Positions 46,769 through 51,675 of a stretch of 51,675 nucleotides of DNA are shown here, piece by piece. The position numbers were made by a program, and so were the translations under genes. The notes under the pieces are model-generated. The model was not told where the DNA came from. It saw only the letters and a program-made list of their open reading frames with translations, and ran no database searches. The stretch's first letter is position 1; each line of letters begins with the position of its first letter. This stretch comes from Kiloniellaceae bacterium (GTDB lineage Bacteria; Pseudomonadota; Alphaproteobacteria; Kiloniellales; Kiloniellaceae): NCBI GenBank assembly GCA_041565695.1, contig JBFGUI010000001.1, positions 1 to 51,675 on the forward strand. The letters run 5' to 3'.

Positions 46769-48153
46769 TTAGAGGGACTGCGAGCCATGGCCGAACTCGG
46801 GATAGGCCTCCATCCCCAGTTCCGCCTTGTCGAGGCCCATCTCCTCGGCCTCCTCGTCGACCCGAAGCCCAACCGTGAGCTTCAACGCGTACCAGACGAT
46901 GCCGCTGGTGATGATCATGAAGGCGCCGACCGCGACGATGCCGACGATCTGAACGACCAGGTCGCCGGCGCCGAAGATGGCAACCGCCAGCGTGCCCCAG
47001 ATGCCGGCCACCAGGTGGGCCGAGATGGCGCCGACCACGTCGTCGATCTTCAGCTTGTCCATCAGCGGCACGGCGAAGACCACCAGGGCGCCGCCGATGC
47101 CGCCGACGATCAGGGCAACACCGTGGTGTTGCAGGTCGGGGCCGGCGGTGATGGCCACCAGGCCGCCGATGGCGCCGTTCAGCGACATGGTCAGGTCGAT
47201 CTTCTTGTAGATCAGCTGGGTCAGGATGACCGCCGCGACCACGCCGGCGCAGGCCGCCAGGTTGGTGTTGACGTAGACGATGGCCATGGCTGCCGCATCG
47301 AGGGCCGAGCCCAGGGCCAGCTGCGAGCCGCCGTTGAAGCCGAACCAGCCGAGCCACAGGATGAAGGTGCCCAGGGTGGCCAGCGGCAGGTTGGCGCCCG
47401 GCATGGGGTGCACCGAGCCGTCGGCGCCGAACTTGCCTTTGTGGGCCCGAGGATGATGGCGCCGACAAGGGCCGCCCAGCCGCCCACCGAGTGGACGATG
47501 GTCGAGCCGGCGAAGTCGGAGAAGCCCATCTCGGAGAGCCAGCCGCCGCCCCAGGTCCAGGCGCCCTGGATCGGGTAGAGGAAGGCGGTCAGGATCACCA
47601 CGAAGATCATGAAGGGCCAAAACTTGATGCGCTCGGCGAGCGTGCCGGAGACGATCGAGGCGGCCGTGGCGACGAAGACCATCTGGAAGAACCAGTCGGA
47701 CATCACCGAGTAGCCGTTATCGACCACCGCCGCGACTTGCTCAGCCGTGGCGTCACCGCCTGCACCGATCAGGTCCGTTTCTGCGGCGCCAGCATTGTAG
47801 AAGAGGCCGAAGGAGCCGATGTAGCCGCTGACGTCCACGTACATCAGGTTGTAGCCGACGACGTAGTACATGATGCCGGCGACCGAGTAGAGCGCGATGT
47901 TCTTCAGGCAGATGGTCGCGGTGTTCTTGGTTCGCACCAGGCCGGATTCCAGCATGGCGAAGCCAGCGGCCATCCACATCACGAGGAAGCCGCTCACCAG
48001 GAACGCAAAGGTGTTGAAGACGAAGGCGGTCTCGGCGGAGACCTCCGCGCGGGCCGGCGCCGAGGCGACCAGCACCGCCGCGGCGGCGAGGCCCGCCAGG
48101 CCCAGCTTGCGGCCGCCCAACATACGGCCAAGAGAAGTGCCCATAACTCTCAT
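46769..48153 (-). pseudogene. amtB: ammonium transporter AmtB, split by a 1-nt frameshift near 47443 (true lesion or sequencing error)
   Basis: The N-part (FFQMVF..T, DFAGSTIVHSVGG) and the C-part (ILWLGWFGFNGGS, DDVVGAISAH) are in different frames; junction reads ILGP/xKGKF. Confidence 0.9.
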
Positions 48154-48169
48154 TTCCCTAGATTCCTTC

Positions 48170-48794
<625 letters not shown>

Positions 48795-48932
48795 GCGCAC
48801 TGGCCGGATCTGACCGAAATGGGTGCCGGTCCGGCCGCTGTCCTGTTGGGGTCCGGGCTGCGACACCGCGCGGCTGGACAAGGCCGCGCGGCGGCGCAAA
48901 GCTGCGGCTGGGGTCTGAAGAGGAAGGTATTC

Positions 48933-50234
48933 ATGGCCGAACGCGCGTTTCCCGAGGTCCTGGTCGCCGGCGCCGGCATGGTCGGGCTGGCCTTTGCGGT
49001 GGCCCTGTCGGAAGCCGGGCTCGAGGTCATGGTGGTCGACCAGGCCGATCCGATGCTGTTCCGGGAGGAGGCCTTCGACGGCCGGTCCTCGGCCATCGCC
49101 CGCGGCTCGCAGCAGGCGCTCGCGGTGCTCGGCCTGTGGCCGGGCATGCGCCCGGCCGCCTCGCCGATCCTCGATATCCGCATCTCCGACGGTGCGCTGG
49201 GCGCCGCGCGCCCGGGCGGCGCCTCGGCGCTGTTCCTGCATTTCTCGCACCAGGACGTGGCCGAGCCGGGCAGCGAAGCGCGCCCGCTGGGCTACATCGT
49301 TGAGAACACCGCGATCCGCCGCGCCGGCCTCGACCGGGTCGCGGCGCTGCCGCGCATCGACTTCCGTGCGCCCGCGCGGCTCGTCGAGGTGAACCGTCGG
49401 CCGGGCGGCGTCACCGCGCGGCTCGACGACGGCACGGAGGTCGCGACGCGCTTGCTGGTCGCCGCCGACGGGCGCGGCTCGGCCCAGCGCGTGGCCGCCG
49501 GCATCAAGGTGATGGAGATCGACTACCCGCAGACCGCCATCGTCGCCACCGTGGCGCATGAGCAGCCCCACAAGGGCGTCGCCCACGAGCACTTCCTGCC
49601 CTCGGGTCCCTTCGCCCTGCTGCCGATGACCGACGCGCCGGAAGACGGCACCGGCGGCAGCGGCCCGCTGGTGCACCGTTCCTCCCTGGTGTGGACGGAA
49701 AAGCGTGCCCTGGTGCCGGCCATGCTGGCGCTCGACGAGGCGGCCTTCGCCCAAGAGCTGCAGCGCCGTTTCGGCAACTCCCTCGGCCGACTGTCGCTCT
49801 GGGGCGGGCGGCGCTGGTCCTATCCGCTGTCGCTGCTGCACGCGGAGCGCTACATCGACGCCCGCCTGGCGCTGATCGGCGATGCGGCGCACGGCATTCA
49901 CCCCATCGCCGGCCAGGGCCTCAACCTCGGCCTGCGCGACGTGGCGGCGCTGGCCGAATGCATCGTCGATGCCCGGCGCCTCGGCCTCGACATCGGCAGC
50001 CCGACGGTGCTGGAGCGCTACCAGCGCTGGCGGCGCCTCGACAACATGGCGCTGATCGCCGCGACCGATTCCCTGAACCGCCTGTTCTCCAACGACCTGC
50101 CGCCGGTCCGCCTGCTGCGCGACCTCGGCCTGGCGGCGGTCAACCGGGTGCCGCCGCTGAAGCGATTCTTCATGCGCCATGCCATGGGTCTGGTCGGCGA
50201 TCTGCCGCGCCTGGTGAAGGGCGAGAGTCTCTAG
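48933..50234 (+). CDS. UbiH/UbiL/COQ6-family FAD-dependent ubiquinone biosynthesis hydroxylase
   Basis: GAGMVG, DGRSSAI, AADG, GPFALLP, GDAAHGIHPIAGQGLNLGLRD, LNRLFSND. Confidence 0.92.
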   Translation: MAERAFPEVLVAGAGMVGLAFAVALSEAGLEVMVVDQADPMLFREEAFDGRSSAIARGSQQALAVLGLWPGMRPAASPILDIRISDGALGAARPGGASALFLHFSHQDVAEPGSEARPLGYIVENTAIRRAGLDRVAALPRIDFRAPARLVEVNRRPGGVTARLDDGTEVATRLLVAADGRGSAQRVAAGIKVMEIDYPQTAIVATVAHEQPHKGVAHEHFLPSGPFALLPMTDAPEDGTGGSGPLVHRSSLVWTEKRALVPAMLALDEAAFAQELQRRFGNSLGRLSLWGGRRWSYPLSLLHAERYIDARLALIGDAAHGIHPIAGQGLNLGLRDVAALAECIVDARRLGLDIGSPTVLERYQRWRRLDNMALIAATDSLNRLFSNDLPPVRLLRDLGLAAVNRVPPLKRFFMRHAMGLVGDLPRLVKGESL

Positions 50235-51475
50235 ATCTCGCGCCCCAGCAGGGTCTCTTCGAAGGGAAAGCCTGAGAGCAGGCGCAGGCCCCGATCGGTG
50301 ATCAGCACCTGCTGTTCCAGCTTGACACCTTCGCGGCCCCCCTCTTCGCCGACGTAGCTCTCGACGCAGACCGTCATGCCGGCCTCGAAGACGCCGTCGT
50401 AACCCGAGGCGTCGAAGTCCTGCAGATAGACGACGGAGGGATATTCGTCGCACAGCCCGACACCGTGGACGACCACGGAATAGCGGTTGGCCTGACAACT
50501 TGCCGGCAGCTGCCAGGCGCGCTCGGCCAGCTCACGGTAGCCGAGGCCGGGTTTGAGCAGATCCATGTTGAAGTGGATCTGCTCCCAGGCGAGGCGGTAG
50601 AGGCGGCGCTGTTCGTCGCTCGGCTTCGTATCGCCGCAGAGGAAGCAGCGCGAGACATCGGCGCAGTAGCCGTAGGGGCCGATCATGTCGCTGTCGAAGG
50701 AAACCAGATCGCCGGCCTCGATCGCCGCCGCGCCGCACTCGTGGAACCAGGGATTGCTGCGCGCGCCGGCGGCCAGCAGGCGCGTCTCGATCCACTCGCC
50801 GCCGCGCGCCGCGTTGACCTGGTTGAGGATCGACCAGAGCTCATTCTCGCTCATGCCGGGCGTGAGCGCAGCGCGCATCGCCTGCATGGCCTCGCTGCAC
50901 ACCGCCGTGGCGGTCTCCAGGCAGGCGATCTCCTGCGGCCCCTTGATGCGGCGCGCCCGCTCGAGCACCTCCTGGCCGTCGAAGACGGTGATGCCGCGGG
51001 CCTGCAGCGCGGCGATGCCGAGGAAGTCGCACTTGTCCACGGCGAGGCGCCGGTTGCTGCCGCCGTGCCGGCCGACCAGCTCGATGATCTCGTCCGCCCA
51101 GCGTGCCGCCCGCTCGGCCGCGCGCTCGCCGGCGGCGAAGTAGTACCAGGCGGTCGCCGGGCGCACCTCGGCGATCACGGCGTTGCCGTCGGAGAGGTGT
51201 TCGCAGTTGTGGAAGTCGAACAGGACCAGCGGCCCCTCGGTCGGCACGAAGAGATAGCGCACGGCGTTGTGCAGGCACCACACCGACATGTTGCGGCTGT
51301 CGCAGGCATAGCGGATGTTGATCGGGTCATAGAGCAGCGCGCCGGCGTAGTCGCGCGCCTTAAGTTCGCCGCGCAGACGCTCCAGGCGCCAAGCGCGCAG
51401 CGCCTGCAGGTCGACGTCCGGCCTGACTGTGATCGGGCTGTCGGTGATCGGCCTCCCGGCGGTATCCGGCGACAT
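50231..51475 (-). CDS. M24 metallopeptidase-fold protein, DMSP lyase DddP-like
   Basis: YDPINIRYA.DS.NM, WIETRLL..G...NPWF.EC, FDSD-x9-D, Y-x4-HGVGLCDE, E-x14-E; AGGAG RBS. Confidence 0.8.
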   Translation of the reverse strand: MSPDTAGRPITDSPITVRPDVDLQALRAWRLERLRGELKARDYAGALLYDPINIRYACDSRNMSVWCLHNAVRYLFVPTEGPLVLFDFHNCEHLSDGNAVIAEVRPATAWYYFAAGERAAERAARWADEIIELVGRHGGSNRRLAVDKCDFLGIAALQARGITVFDGQEVLERARRIKGPQEIACLETATAVCSEAMQAMRAALTPGMSENELWSILNQVNAARGGEWIETRLLAAGARSNPWFHECGAAAIEAGDLVSFDSDMIGPYGYCADVSRCFLCGDTKPSDEQRRLYRLAWEQIHFNMDLLKPGLGYRELAERAWQLPASCQANRYSVVVHGVGLCDEYPSVVYLQDFDASGYDGVFEAGMTVCVESYVGEEGGREGVKLEQQVLITDRGLRLLSGFPFEETLLGREI

Positions 51476-51595
51476 GCGCTATCTCCTAGCTGAAGCGGCA
51501 CTTCAGCTTGGCACGGGGGACAACGCCGTCTTGTCGCTCAGCGACGCGGCGGAAGGCGGTATTGGCAAAGAGGCCCGGGCTCAGGGCTGCCGGGC

Positions 51596-51675
51596 TCAGG
51601 GGTCGCGGCTGAGGCCCTTGGCGGCGAGGTTGTCGAGATAGGCCTGCCACAGGGCGTCCTGATCGCGGCCGATGC
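51596..51675 (-). CDS. 3' end of an unidentified gene running in from the window edge
   Basis: Open frame IGRDQDALWQAYLDNLAAKGLSRDP* with GC3-biased codons. Confidence 0.5.
   Translation of the reverse strand, partial: IGRDQDALWQAYLDNLAAKGLSRDP

Noticed and set aside
51575-51601. Direct repeat CCGGGCTCAGGG x2
   Set aside because: Only two short copies; not a CRISPR or tandem array

Overview
High-GC alphaproteobacterial (Rhodospirillales/Kiloniellales-like) chromosomal segment next to the partitioning locus. The left part holds mnmE(3' part)-mnmG-rsmG-parA-parB with two perfect parS palindromes, holA-lptE-leuS-DUF3576-porin, a tandem pair of PAPS-dependent sulfotransferases, yggS, an L,D-transpeptidase, ribA and a CenR-type response regulator. 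The right part holds xth, a PuuD-like hydrolase, lolA-ftsK-aminotransferase, glnK-amtB (amtB frameshifted; sigma54/NtrC promoter), a UbiH/UbiL-type hydroxylase and a DddP-like M24 enzyme. The most interesting part is a ~17.5 kb block (21526-38999) between these backbones. It combines a candidate cyclic-nucleotide circuit (membrane class III cyclase, MBL-fold phosphodiesterase, stand-alone cNMP-binding protein) with a translationally coupled cytoplasmic sugar-tailoring operon (4 glycosyltransferases, histidine phosphatase, CE4 deacetylase) and a SAM methyltransferase. It also encodes an Opp-type importer with no binding protein in the window and an ABC exporter-like protein whose ATPase motifs are all degenerate and whose helical subdomain appears triplicated. 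No tRNA, rRNA, CRISPR, integrase or transposase was recognised. All assignments come from motif recognition by eye, not from database searches.
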